Assembly: GCA_012295275.1 (NCBI GenBank)
Contig: CM022672.1
Coordinates: 22,196,001 to 22,260,000 of the forward strand
Direction: 5' to 3'
DNA length: 64,000 nucleotides
Source: Chrysomallon squamiferum
Taxonomy: Eukaryota; Animalia; Mollusca
The position numbers and the translations under genes were made by a program. Positions 1 to 13,108 of this stretch are shown one piece after another; positions within the stretch are counted from its first letter, which is position 1; every line of letters starts with the position of its first letter. The notes under the pieces were generated by a model. The model made no database searches. It had not been told where the DNA came from and saw only the letters and a program-made list of their open reading frames with translations.

Positions 1-429
1 AATCTTCAGCACGGTTTTGTCGTGCAGGACTTAGATAATGAAGAAGTCTATTTGTTTTGAAAATAAACTGTGGTCCCGCACTAGAAATCAATAGTTAATA
101 CTCCCGCTTTGGTACAGCGCCGACTACAAGTCTTGATCAGTTTACCCTGCCCTGCGAATAGCGCGGATATTAAAGTGTCGGAAATGCTTGATGAAAATGG
201 CAAGCTATGAAGCGACAGGACCGTATCTAAGCATCATAATCGACGTCTATGGCTTTCTAAGTGACAATCAATTTCATCGAGATTTCGCAGACTCGCTGGC
301 TTTCGACACGGATCGATAACTGATAGACTACGATTTCGTAGTACATAGGTCAGGCGGTTATTTTTTGGTTGTTTTTTTTTGTTCACACTCTACACGATTT
401 GTACCTTTTCTCTGATGTTAAGATAACAA

Positions 430-975
430 TATAATAACGCAGTTAAAGAACTGACGTTAACAACGTAGCGTAATGTTCATTTATAAGGTCATCATGGTTT
501 TTAACTTTGGACAAATCATTTTAACGCGAGGACATCGTAAAGATGACGTCAGAATGATAACATTTGGTGTGATGTCACAATATCAACACTACGTAATAAT
601 GATACTAATACTGAACATACTACGACATTAACACTGAAAACATTATAGCCTTGACACTGAGGACACAATAAAGTTAAGATTAGGAACCACAATGTTAATA
701 CTTAACATAATAGTGTCTCTTGATGACATCATAATGTTGACACTTGGTTACATCATAATGTCGACACTTGATGACGATATACAATTAACATTCGATGCAT
801 CATAGCATTAATATGAGGAGACGATAACGTTAACTCGAGAACAGTACAGAGATAGCATTTAGAATATCACAACGTTAATGGTAAGAACATCATAAACGTA
901 ATGCAGAGTATATTGGGAATACCATAAATTTAACGTCGAGCACCATATAATATCAACGTGACTTCGTAACGTTCG
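430..975. repeat. Highly degenerate ~23-24 bp minisatellite (consensus approx. ACACTTGATGACATCATAATGTTG)
   Basis: Best-preserved units start at 719, 743 and 767 (period 24). Related words such as aacactgaaaacattata, gacactgaggacacaata and aacgcgaggacatcgta occur across the interval. Boundaries are approximate. Confidence 0.7.
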
Positions 976-1911
976 CTACAGACAGCATGTCTTTTAAAAG
1001 CAGTTTATTGGTATTCGGAGAAATAGATATTGACCAAAATATCTTGGATGGTCAGAATGATTCAACGATGATGATTTTATGGAAAAAGTATTGATACGGT
1101 CTACTTAGATAGGGAAAAGTGATAAATTTTCCGTGAATAGAGAGTATACATCTCCCTAGAGAACTTGCACAATGAAATGGTTTATATCGGTAGATGTTTT
1201 AATTTTCCCTGGTCTCGCGATGATATACAGACAAACGAACTTTGAGGTCAGCTAGGAATAAATATTGCCTCTTTTTACTGTACCAAAAAGCTGTAATATT
1301 TATATGTACTTTTGAATGTATGTAAACATATACTGTGTATGTATGTGTTTGTAATATGCATTTATGTATGCATATTTGTTCCTACGTACGTATATATGTG
1401 TGTGTGTGTGTGTGTGTGTTTGTGTTTCAGTTTGTATGTATGCGTGTGTGTATGTGTACATATGTAAACGTATGAATGTATGTATATATATGTATGAATA
1501 TATGTATGTATGACTGTATGTATGTATATGTGTGTATGCACGAATGTTTTGGATGCGGGGTGATTAACATGGAAGTATATGGAACATAGTCTTCGTGATA
1601 TATATTTAATTTGTTCTTATGTCTTAGCTGGGGTGTTTACCAAATATTTTCATCTGTATGAAATATTGTACTAATGTATATTTTTTGAAAACATTACCAA
1701 AATATAAAATCCAAAAAAGTCTGCATGAAGCAAACTGTCAACTGAAAGTCACCACGATGTCATGGTTAGATTTGTGTGCGTCCATTATCAACCACACGCC
1801 AATTCCGTGGTCCTGTCACGACCCTTTGTTCTTCATCTTCATCAAACGACGATATATCAGTGATATGATTTATTATCGGAACAAGTTCCAATATAAATAT
1901 CATCCGGATTT

Positions 1912-1925
1912 TGACCTTTTGACCT
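1912..1925 (-). promoter_or_regulatory. Perfect nuclear-receptor DR2 element (AGGTCAnnAGGTCA)
   Basis: TGACCT-TT-TGACCT on the + strand within a complex island. Motif match only. Confidence 0.35.
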
Positions 1926-2235
1926 CTTTTCGTCCGCACGTGCTCTCGTTCTGTTGTTTTGGAGAGGACGGCTGTTTGATAGTAATACGTTGTGAGAGGA
2001 CGCCATTTCGACTCGTTGATAATAATTGATTCGCTGGGGAAAGTGATTCACTGTTATTATGCGTACTCCGACAATGGACTTGTCTTATTGGACGTTCAAT
2101 CAATTAGGCAGGACTCAGATTTGTAAAAAAAAAAAAAATATTATCTGAACTGATTAGATGAAGATATCAGAACTGACTTTCCAGGGCTGCGTATTCAAGC
2201 ATCAGAATTGTATAGTGTCAGATTTCAAATTTTAA

Positions 2236-2239
<4 letters not shown>

Positions 2240-2296
<57 letters not shown>
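2240..2296. repeat. Poly(T) tract, 57 nt
   Basis: Uninterrupted T run. Confidence 0.95.
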
Positions 2297-2299
<3 letters not shown>

Positions 2300-2690
2300 C
2301 TTCCCCGTTTTCCGTTATATGATTAAATGTTTACATTTAAAAAAAAAAAAATAATAATAATAATAATAATAAAAATATTAAAAAATTAAAATAAAATAAC
2401 AAAGATCCAGATACTTTGGTAGATGGATCGTAATCTCAGAATTCTAAACTTATTTAAATTCGTCCTGAAACATAAAACATGCTGAATGAGTTTAATTCTG
2501 TTTAGTGTTTTTTTTTTTTTTTTTTTGGCGGGGTGTGTTTTCTTTCTAGAAGCTGTTCATTTCTGAAGTAGACTGAAATTTATCAGTTACGAATTCATTT
2601 CATTTCGGATAGTTATTATTAGTATGCGTACTTAAACATTTTCTAACCGCTTTATTGATATTATTTTTACTTTTTAACATTATTTTATCT

Positions 2691-2729
<39 letters not shown>

Positions 2730-3053
2730 TACTTTCTATTACGTATTTCATTTTATTTGATTTTACTTATTATTTTTTTTATTATTAAAACGCCATATTC
2801 ACTTTATTTTAATGAACGTAACTTTATTTTTGCTTTATGTTTCAAATATTCCTCTCATTACCATTTTCTAATATCATTTTTTTTTCTTTAACATCTTTTA
2901 TTTTTCTCTCTCTACGTTCACAAAGTACAGACCTTCCCTAGACAGTCTCGATCTTGACAAATTCAGTAACGCAAGATCTCATCTTATGATCCTCTTCCAT
3001 GCTTCCTTTAGTCTGAACCTGACAGACGCGTGTTCATCGAGCATCAACCCCCA

Positions 3054-3054
<1 letters not shown>

Positions 3055-3139
<85 letters not shown>
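3055..3139. repeat. (CA)n microsatellite
   Basis: Perfect CA run. Confidence 0.97.
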
Positions 3140-3142
<3 letters not shown>

Positions 3143-3972
3143 CTGTTAACATAATTCCATGACTCTTTTTCGTCTGTATTTTTCATACGTCTACGACCAA
3201 CTTAAGCTCCTTCGACAGCCATCGTTTTATCGCTATCGATAGCGTCGACAACAACGGCAATAATTAAATGAGCAGAAAAGAGGAAAATTCTCCATAGACT
3301 GTTGTCAGGCAAATTGCTACCTTATACGTTTTGGACAGAAGGCAATTACCAAAGGCCATTGAGCGAAAGCATAAGTAATTCTTCGTGTGACGTGCCGCCG
3401 ATCTTGCTATAGCAAATTGCTTTTGCGTCTTTTTTTTTTTTTTTTTTTTGTCGAAACAGGTCGCAGTTTGACTACAATTTGACCAGACAAACGAAAAACA
3501 AAATTATTTTTCTCTTACGAAGTTAACGCAATTTTAGTGATTCTCGCGTCGGCCGGATCGAATCCCGTGCATTACTTACTCATTACGCGGCAAGAGACTG
3601 CTGAGGATGCTTTATTAGTGGGATATGACGTTCAAGATGGCGGTTTAAGTGCCTCCGTGAAGCTGATGATCCTTTCAAAAGACATTTTTCTTTGTTGCTC
3701 AAGCGCTTCGTTGTTAACGTTATCAGAGGAGTCGGCCAGAATCTATCAGACTGCGGTTAAGACAAGACTTGAAGACTAATGAGTACTCGGATCTCATGAC
3801 CAGACTTCCTTCCCATATTTGTCAGTGGTGATATCGTACGTCATATGTATTCCTCTCTCTCTGTCTGACATTTTACAGTATTATATCTTCTTTAAAGTAA
3901 TTTTAGTCATATTGTTTTTAAAAGACAGACGAGAGAAACCATCTTGAAGCTGCCTGTATATATGTCATTTAT

Positions 3973-4168
<196 letters not shown>

Positions 4169-4480
4169 AACACAAACAGACAGGGAGATGGGAAAGATAC
4201 CACAAAATCAGGTCCTTTACGTACGTTACAATGATTTATCATTGTTGTTTTTCCTGACTGAGGTATACAAACTACACTAGAAGTAGTCTTGAATAAATAC
4301 TCTTACAGTAACTGTATGTTTGTTTTTGTTGTGTATTGTTTCTTCTCTCTTTTTTTTAAAAACTTTTTCCTTCTTTTTCGTTTCCTTGTTCTGTTTTGTT
4401 TAGAAAAATGTTATATATATATATATTTATTTAAATAAATCTTGATGTAAATAAAAATAAATTTATTTATAAATACACTT

Positions 4481-4524
4481 TAGTGCGCCATGACATAAAT
4501 GCTAGTGCGCCATGATAAATGCTA
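4481..4524. repeat. 22-bp direct tandem duplication
   Basis: TAGTGCGCCATGACATAAATGC is followed by TAGTGCGCCATGATAAATGCTA. Confidence 0.85.
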
Positions 4525-5241
4525 CGTAAAATCGGACAGACGTCGCTAGATTTGTTTGAAAACACAACAGGGCGTTAGATAAACACAACAACACAAGTAT
4601 GTACACATTTTAGACAAGCACAATAAATAATTTTCTCTCTTTCATTACACGATGCAGATATAGCATGCGTAATGTGTTTCAAAATAGACGCAACTTGTTT
4701 TTGGTTCAGTTAATTATTTATCAGTTCATTTCATACAGTCGAAACAACCTTTCATTATTATGTAGATTTTATTATTATTATTATTATTTTATTTATTTAT
4801 TTATTTATTTATTTATTTTTTTTATTATTATTTTTTTTTTCTTTTTTTTCACTTTGAAACATAAAAGAGCTTGTTTCTAAACGACGGAGTAAACGAGCAT
4901 GACGAATAAAAACGCGTCTATTACCAAAAAACAGACGACACTAAATAAAAACGATATAGATCATATTTCCAATATATTCCTGTCACACAAAATGGATCTC
5001 TCGTCTAGGATATTTTTATATTTTCTTTGCCCTGTTTTCATGCTATTAATGAGCTGGTAGATGGATCAATAAAAGATGCAAATGATATCAAACTAGCCAG
5101 ACCGGCTTTTGTAGTCTGTCTTCCAATGGACGTCAACATCGTGTGTTTTCGCCGGGTATGTCGAAAAGTGGCGGTATGTGACGTAGAGCTGCGGAAAATG
5201 CCGGGGTAAATTTGATTTGATGTATTTTGCTTTATATTTCT

Positions 5242-5274
<33 letters not shown>

Positions 5275-8200
5275 TGCTGTTGAATTTAATGCTGTTGTAG
5301 CTGCTGCTAATTCTCATAATTCTGTGTTAAATTATATTTTTAATTATTTTTTTTTATATATATTGATGTTGCACACAATGGACATTTTATTATTTTTCTT
5401 AATTTAAAATACTTTATTCGTGAGGTATTGATTTAAGATAATTTATATTTTATTTTATTTATTTAACCTTATATTTTCTTCTTCGTAATTATTATTACTG
5501 ATTTGCTGTTTTTTTGTGTTTTCGTGTTTTTTTGTTTTTTTGTTTTGTTGATTTTTTTGTTGTTGTTCATATTATTATTATTATTATTATTACTCTCTTC
5601 TTTTTTTTTCTTTTTTTTTAGGTCCACTGTTACCGTCATCATTATTTTCATCATCATCATCATCATTATCATGACATCATAATAATTGTTATTGTTGTTT
5701 CTCGATTTTCTTCTTGTTCTTCTTCATATTCTTGTAAATTTCCTTATTATGATAATCACAGTACATTATCTTTATAATGACCAAAACAAAAAAAAACAAA
5801 AAAAATTGTTAAAAGATTTTTTTACCAAAAATTAAAAAAACCAACATTTAGAATCATTATCGAACATCATTTGTATTATAAATTATAGCACACACCACAG
5901 AATGGCTATTATAAATAAATTGCTATAATTTTTCATTAACATTTTTTTTTTTCGTTATAATGTAATGTATTTCATGCATGAACGCACATAATTATTAAAA
6001 TTTTGGAGATCTAATTTTTTTTAATTTTCTTCCGACTCTAAAAAGCCTTATAAATCAAACGAAGAATTGTGATTGTGTGTGTATATTGATTTTTTCATTA
6101 CTAAGTATATAAATGTTAGAATCACATCCGCTTTTTGCAGCAACAGTCACTCTCCGATTTTCCGACTATTCGACGACGTCTACCAAAACGTAATAATGTT
6201 GTCCATTTGCTGCTGACGTCATTTTTATTTGATTTCTTTTTCTTCTATTTTGTGCTGTTTTTATTTGTTTATTTATTCATTTATATTTTTATTTATTTGT
6301 TTTTTATTATTATTATTATTTTGTTTTTTACCTTCCTTTTAATTCTGTGTCGTTATTGTTTGTATCTCTATTTGTTATTACTGATGTTAAATACATACAC
6401 ACATTCTAAAACATGAAAATGAAAACAATGGAAAACAAAGAAAGAGAAATCAAAGCAAAGAAAAAGAAATTGTGAATTAACAATAATAAAAATGAATAAA
6501 AGTTATTTTTTAAATTATTCATTGTCATTTTTATTTTATTTTTTTTCCCCACACAGTATTATTTTGTTTGGTATCAAACAATTTTCACCGCTTATAAAGA
6601 CACTCTCTATAAATAACCATCTATTAAAAATAATAAGTTCGGCCTGTATTTCTAAAATACTTTAATATTATTAATAACCTTCTACCCTCTTCAACTTAGA
6701 AGCAAACGAATTATAAAAAAAAAAAAAAAACACTGTATTTATTATTATGTCTAAATACTAAACAATGATTCAGAATTTCACTTAAACGCAATGTTCCTCT
6801 GGAGTTACTGCCCTTGTATCGCTCGCTAAGAAAAAAAAAACAACTAAAATCGGCCGATCGAAGTGGAAACTTCAAGTGAAAAGTGCATCTTGTCTGAATT
6901 ACAGATACAAATGACAACAGTCTTGCCTTTTCTTTGTTTCTTGTTCCACTCAAAAATAATAAATTTGATATGAATTCGATGAAACAGATATTGCATGAAG
7001 CCGTGGAGAAAAAAAGAAAAAATGAATTCCCAGCTGATCGTGCCTGTCGCTCTTAAACGCAAAATCAATAAACTGTCAGCGTACCATCAGATGCTGATTT
7101 TTCTGTCGTTATTATTACTACTTTTTTATACCAAAAATATAAAAAGAAATAAAAAAAAAAGGAAGAAGAATTATGATGTTACATATTTACCTTGTTCTCG
7201 TGGGAAAACGTTGCTTTTATCTCGACATGTTTATTTTATTTCATTTTACTTTATTTATATAAATGTATTAATTAATTAATTTTTCTGTCATTTATATATT
7301 ATATATTCTTTCATTTTTTTTTTTGTTTATCACTTAATTGTTTATTTATTCATTATTTATTTTATTTTATTTTACTCTCTTTTAATATATTTAATTGTTT
7401 AACAATCGAAAAAGTCATTTCGTTTTTAACAATAATTTTAAACAGTTAATGTTTGTATATTTTTTTTTTTTGTTATTGTTTGTTTACTTCTTTTTCGAAT
7501 ATATATATATATATAATTTTTTTAATGGAAAAGATGGTAATTCAACAAATATTACGTTTACCAATACGTATATACATGCATATGTGTGTGTGTGTCTGTG
7601 TGTATATATATATATGTATATATTAAAATACATATTTATATATATACATACATACATACATACATACATACAAACACACACAAACACATATATACAAAGA
7701 AGAAAATACACAATGAACAACATTCATACACATAAAAACAAACGATTTTTTTTTAAAGAAGATAACATAACAGAACCACCACACACACACACACACACAC
7801 ACATACTCACACACACACAAACAAACATTCACACTCATACACACACACAAAACAAACAAACAAACAAACAAAAATATCCCCAACGTATACAAGGTTATTA
7901 AACGATCGATAAAAATGTTTTCACTGTCTTCACGGACATCCATCCCTCTTAAAAGATAACCATCCTGGATCCGCGTTAAACAAACAAACTAAACTGTTGG
8001 TACTAAATATTCTGAACCTAATTAAAAAAAAAAAAAAACATGCGAAAAAAATCTTGCAGGGTTTTGTTTAGTCATCTTGGATTTTGCCTCAAGGCGAGAG
8101 AGTAAGAGATTATTTCCTGGATGAAAGAAATATTCCCAGTCTTACAAAGCCAAGCACCGCCTTCGGCTAATAAAGAAGCTAGTCTAATTTTTTTAGAAGA

Positions 8201-8318
8201 AGAAAAAAAAAAATCCTGGAAATTAAGCGAACGTGTAAAGAGATCTGTATAAGCACAGGTCGAATCACGTATTTCTTTCAGAGATAAAAAAATAGGTTCT
8301 TTTAATAAATACATATTA

Positions 8319-8535
8319 TAGATAGAGAGATAGATAGATAGATAGACAGATAGACAGACAGATAGATAGATAGATAGAGAGATAGAGAGACAGACAGATA
8401 GACAGAGAGACAGAGAGACAGACAGATAGATAGATAGATAGATAGAGAGATAGATAGATAGATAGATAGATAGACAGACTGACAGATATATATAGAGAGA
8501 GAGAGAGAGACAGACAGAGAGACAGAGAGACAGAC

Positions 8536-8602
<67 letters not shown>

Positions 8603-8759
8603 TAGATAGATAGAGAGATAGAGAGATAGAGAGACAGACAGACTGACTGACAGACAGACAGAGAGACAGATAGATAGATAGACAGATAGACAGATAGACA
8701 GATAAAGACATAGATAGATATATAGACAGAAAGACAGATATATATATAGATATATAGAT

Positions 8760-8797
<38 letters not shown>
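8319..8797. repeat. (AGAT/AGAC)n tetranucleotide array (GATA/GACA type)
   Basis: About 480 bp of AGAT/AGAC/AGAG. It produces the IYLS-type spurious ORFs. Confidence 0.96.
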
Positions 8798-10689
8798 TTT
8801 AAGAAGTATGTATAATTTGTGAAAATAACGTCGCTTGATAGGTTCAATGTTTTTCAAATGTTGACTCTGGGTTTGCTAAATAATTAAATAGTAAATCTAA
8901 AGTATCTGAAATATCTTTTTAAACAAAATCATCATTAGACCGACATGTTATCGACCATATTTTAATGAACTGCTTTGTTTACTCTACTTTATTTTCATGT
9001 TTTTCTTTGTATGTTTCTTTTTACTGAGTAGATTTTTGTATTAATTATTTATAATTCTGCTGAAAACTGAGGTCAGAGCAGTTGCATTTTAAGAGCTATG
9101 CGATCTTTTATTTAGATATAATTTTATATACTGGTTACTACTATAGATACATACAAAATATGTTTGTGTGTGCATTCGTATGGGTGGTGTGGGTGTGTGG
9201 GTGTGGGTGTGGGTGTGTGGGTGTGGGTGTGTTTGATATCTGATAAGCTCAACTAAGAATTTATCCAAAAGCAGTTCAGCTCTTGACCAGTGCTCGGATC
9301 TGTTGGCATAAGTAAACCAATGTACATGATCAAGAAAAGAATGTGAATAATATTTATTTATTTATTTATTTATTTAAGTTACCTGTCGTATTTTCTAATT
9401 CAACGTAAAATCGGAAGAAAAAAATGAACTTAAACATCTTTTTTATTTTGTTGTTCTCCATGATGAAATCTGAAAACGTAAATCTGACGTCATTTGAAAT
9501 GATCTGAAATTGTTCAGCACGGTGTTTGAAAGGCTATCATCAGTCTGGTGTTTCAACGTGCTGTAATAATGTGACACAGAAAGACGAATGTCATTGTTGC
9601 TACGAATAGAATTAATCAACGGATGAACCATTTTTAAACATAATTTACATTATACGTTAAGCAGTATCAGAGAATAGAAATGTTGTTATAAGCGCTAGAA
9701 TTAAAAAAAAAATTGTTTTGTTGGAAAGTTTTGTATGGCTAGAAAGGATGAATATTTTTACAAATATGGCCTTGAAAACATTCTGAAGCGAAAAAATGAA
9801 GTAAAGAAAAACAAAAGAAAAGAAATGTTGAGTCGGCAGATTTCTGAAAGAAAAAGACATGAAACCTTAAAGACAAGGCCTCCAAAATATGAATTAAAAA
9901 AAAAAAGTATTAATAATAATAATAAAAGATATAATTAAAAAGACTGAAATATAAAATAAACTGTCATGGTGGAAAATTAGCTTGTCAGTTCTAGTTTGAA
10001 TAATTTCAAAATAGACGTCATTTTTGTTGACCTATAGAAAAAAAAAAAAATGTTTTGCGTATCACCCTATAGTATTACGCAATTAGATAATACATCAAGA
10101 CTTGTCACAATATAATACTTTAATAACAACAGTCTGCGTGTTTACTGCAAAATGGCATTTAAAATACATTTTGACTGCCGTTTTATAAAGTTTATGGTTT
10201 TAAGAACGTGGCAAAAAATAACAAAAGTCTAGCTGTAAGTAACCTGAACTCTTTCAGGATCATGGCTTTTGAATAAGGTTTTCTGATCGCACTGCGTTAT
10301 TTACAAAGACTGGTTGCCTGTAACAAATATAAATAATTACAAGTGAATAATACCAAAAACATTTAGACCACTCGTATATAAAATTTAAGGTAGCATTTAC
10401 GTAAATTGTTTTTGGTTGTTGTTTTTTTTTTTTACTTCCTTGGCATATCTAGCTGTCAGGAACAAGTCACTAATAAATGCTTCTTCTGGAAAAACAAATC
10501 GATCATGATTAAACATCGTGCTTAATAAACGTCTGTTTGTATTAACAAAATTATCAGCGATTACAGCCAATTCACAGTGAAACAGTTCGATCAGTTAACA
10601 TATTCACTTTTCGAAATATCAGTTTCACGAGTTTATTTCAGTTAGATTTAGTGTCTGTATCATTAGTCAGTGCAGTTTGATATTACTAT

Positions 10690-11190
10690 CACTAGTCAGT
10701 AAAGTATAATGTCAGTATCACTTGCGAATAGCATGTAGTGACAGTGACGCTAGTCTATAATGTTTAATGTCACTATCACTTGATCACTAGCAATAAAGTG
10801 TAGTGTATGTGTCAGTTTCAGTAGACAATAAAGTGTAGTGTCACTATCATTAAAGTCAGTAAAGTGTATACTCAGTATACCTAGTAAATGAAGTGTAGTG
10901 CCACTAGCACCAGTCACTAAAGTGTAAGGTCACTGTAACTAGTCAATGAAGTGTAATGTCAGTGAAATGTAAGGTCACTGTAACTAGTCAATGAAGTGTA
11001 ATGTCAGTGAAGTGTAAGGTCACTATAACTAATCATTGAAGTGTAAGGTCACTATAACTAGTCACTGAAGTGTAATGTCAGGGAAGTGCAAGGTCACTAT
11101 AACTAGTCACTGAAGTGTAATGTCAGTGAAGTGCAAGGTCACTATAACTAGTCACTGAAGTGTAGTGTCAGTGTCACCAGTAAGTAAAGT
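10690..11190. repeat. Minisatellite with 29-bp unit and 45-bp (29+16) higher-order unit
   Basis: Unit GAAGTGTAAGGTCACTATAACTAGTCACT plus half-unit GAAGTGTAATGTCAGT. AGGTCA occurs at 10927, 10972, 11017, 11046, 11091 and 11136 (spacing 45, 45, 29, 45, 45). The array is more degenerate to the left. Confidence 0.9.
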
Positions 11191-11924
11191 TTAGATGTTA
11201 ATGATCGCACCGCCAGAGGTGAGTTCTGATGCAGATGACGTACAAGTCGAAGATATTTTTATATCCCTTATCATATTTATCTGTCCAGTATCAGTGGTCG
11301 TAAAAACAGTCATTAAAATTGGATTGTGTCTACGTGTGTGTTTGTGTGGTTTTCTCTGTATGTGTGTGCATATCTGTTTTTGTGTATGTATGTTAGTATG
11401 TGTCATTTCGTGATGATCTTAAAGTGGCATCCAAAGTTGTGTTTAATTAGACGTTTCCCAATCTGAATTATCTAACTCATTATTTCAATAACCCTGAGTC
11501 AAAATGTAACAGAAGAATTATTTTTGATGTTTTCTTTTCTATTGATTTCTTTAGTTGGTAAATTAGATATTTTGTTATTGCTGCTGCTGCTGTTTCTAAT
11601 GCTGGTATTGTTGTTGCTGGACGTCAAAGAGAGCAAACGAATCTGATTTTTAAAATTATACAGTATGAACGTTCCTTTATGCTCAAAGATAATTATTACA
11701 GGATAACAAGACATAAACCATAGCGAAACTGTTGTTGGATGTTACTTTTTAATACAGATACTCTAACTTAATTTCTGTTTATTCGGAATTCAAAGATGGC
11801 ACCAATAAGAGAAGCTGATGCTGACAAGTTTTTGTCACATTCATTTATGTTAGTCTAAAGACAGCCAAACTGAAAAATGACATAGTACAATTTCATACGT
11901 GGCAGTTTAAGACGCTTCCAACGT

Positions 11925-12185
11925 CTGAAGCTGTTGTCGAAAAACGAACTGCATGACTGCACCTTTAAGCTCGAGCTTTGTCATTTCTGTTTACTACGTG
12001 ACATTTCTAAGACAGCTCCAGCAAGTGAAGATGCTGTTAGAAAAAGCGACATCGTGTGACTGCTTCTTTTTAAGCTCGAGGTTCTGTCGTTTCTGCTGAC
12101 TGTGCGACAGCTCCTGTAAGCGAAACTCTCGTCGAAAACGACGTCGAATGATGGCGCCTTTAAGCTGAAGGTTTGTCATTTCGTC
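11925..12185. repeat. Diverged tandem triplication, ~90-105 bp unit
   Basis: TTTAAGCTCGAGCTTTGTCATTTC (11964), TTTAAGCTCGAGGTTCTGTCGTTTC (12069) and TTTAAGCTGAAGGTTTGTCATTTC (12159), each preceded by a GTCGAAAA(A)CGA-like word. Confidence 0.8.
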
Positions 12186-12900
12186 TTACACGCTTATCAG
12201 CGATCAGCGCCATGACCGACAGGTTCCGAGAGAATCCGTACAGCCACCACTCGTCTTCCTTCTATCTATCTCCGAGTTCATCCACTTTGTTAAGCTGTGT
12301 ACTGATAACGACAAGGACCTGCCATGTCGATTCGTATCCACGGCTTCGTACTAAACACCGCTGTCGAGCTACGAGAGCCGAGGCACAGTTTCCGCTGCAA
12401 CCGTTCGAAGGGCATCGAGCCACTTCGCGTTAAGAACCTTTAATGCCGGCGCCAGTGACAGGGGTAAGACATGAAGAGTCTTCGGGCCTGATTTATTATT
12501 TCTTAATTAGCTTTCAGTAAGAAGATATATTATCCAATTACCATGGGACCTTTCCCGTGCAACAACATACCTAATCTGCGGTGTTGATAAAATGCCTGGC
12601 GATGGGCTTGGTGAATCCATATTACTCCGCGACAGCTCCAACAGGAAGAAGTTATTATTTGTCTTGGTAATTATGAGCGATGTCTGTGCGAGATTTGTTT
12701 ATCATCTGTCAGCCTGCTTATGATACGAGAAAGGAAAGAAAATAAAAAAATAAAAAATCATAATAATTTCAGGTCGTGACTTCGCTGAAGGTTCATCGTG
12801 ATGCATTTTCTAGACAACAAATCAAAGTATTTTAACCGAATGTTCGATGATTTGTTAAAATATTAATATAAAAATAATGGTTCGGCTTTTTTTGTTAAAT

Positions 12901-13108
12901 ATGCAGATGTCTAATATGAAAATAAAATGATTTTATCCATGCACATATTTAAAACGAAGACCATGTGGTTTTATGCATGTAGATATTTAAGATAAAGACC
13001 TATGATTTAATGCATGCATGCGTCCGAGAAGAAGGCATGTGGTTTTATTCATGAAGATTTATAAAATGATTTGGGCTTGGACGTGCAGATGTCTAATGTG
13101 AAGACTTC
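12901..13108. repeat. Degenerate ~37-38 bp minisatellite, about 5.5 copies
   Basis: Units start at 12901, 12939, 12977, 13014, 13051 and 13083. Consensus approx. ATGCAGATATTTAAGATGAAGACCATGTGGTTTTATGC. Confidence 0.75.

Noticed and set aside
1658-2029. 123-aa complex ORF
   Set aside because: No recognisable domain or exon boundaries, and the length is compatible with chance.
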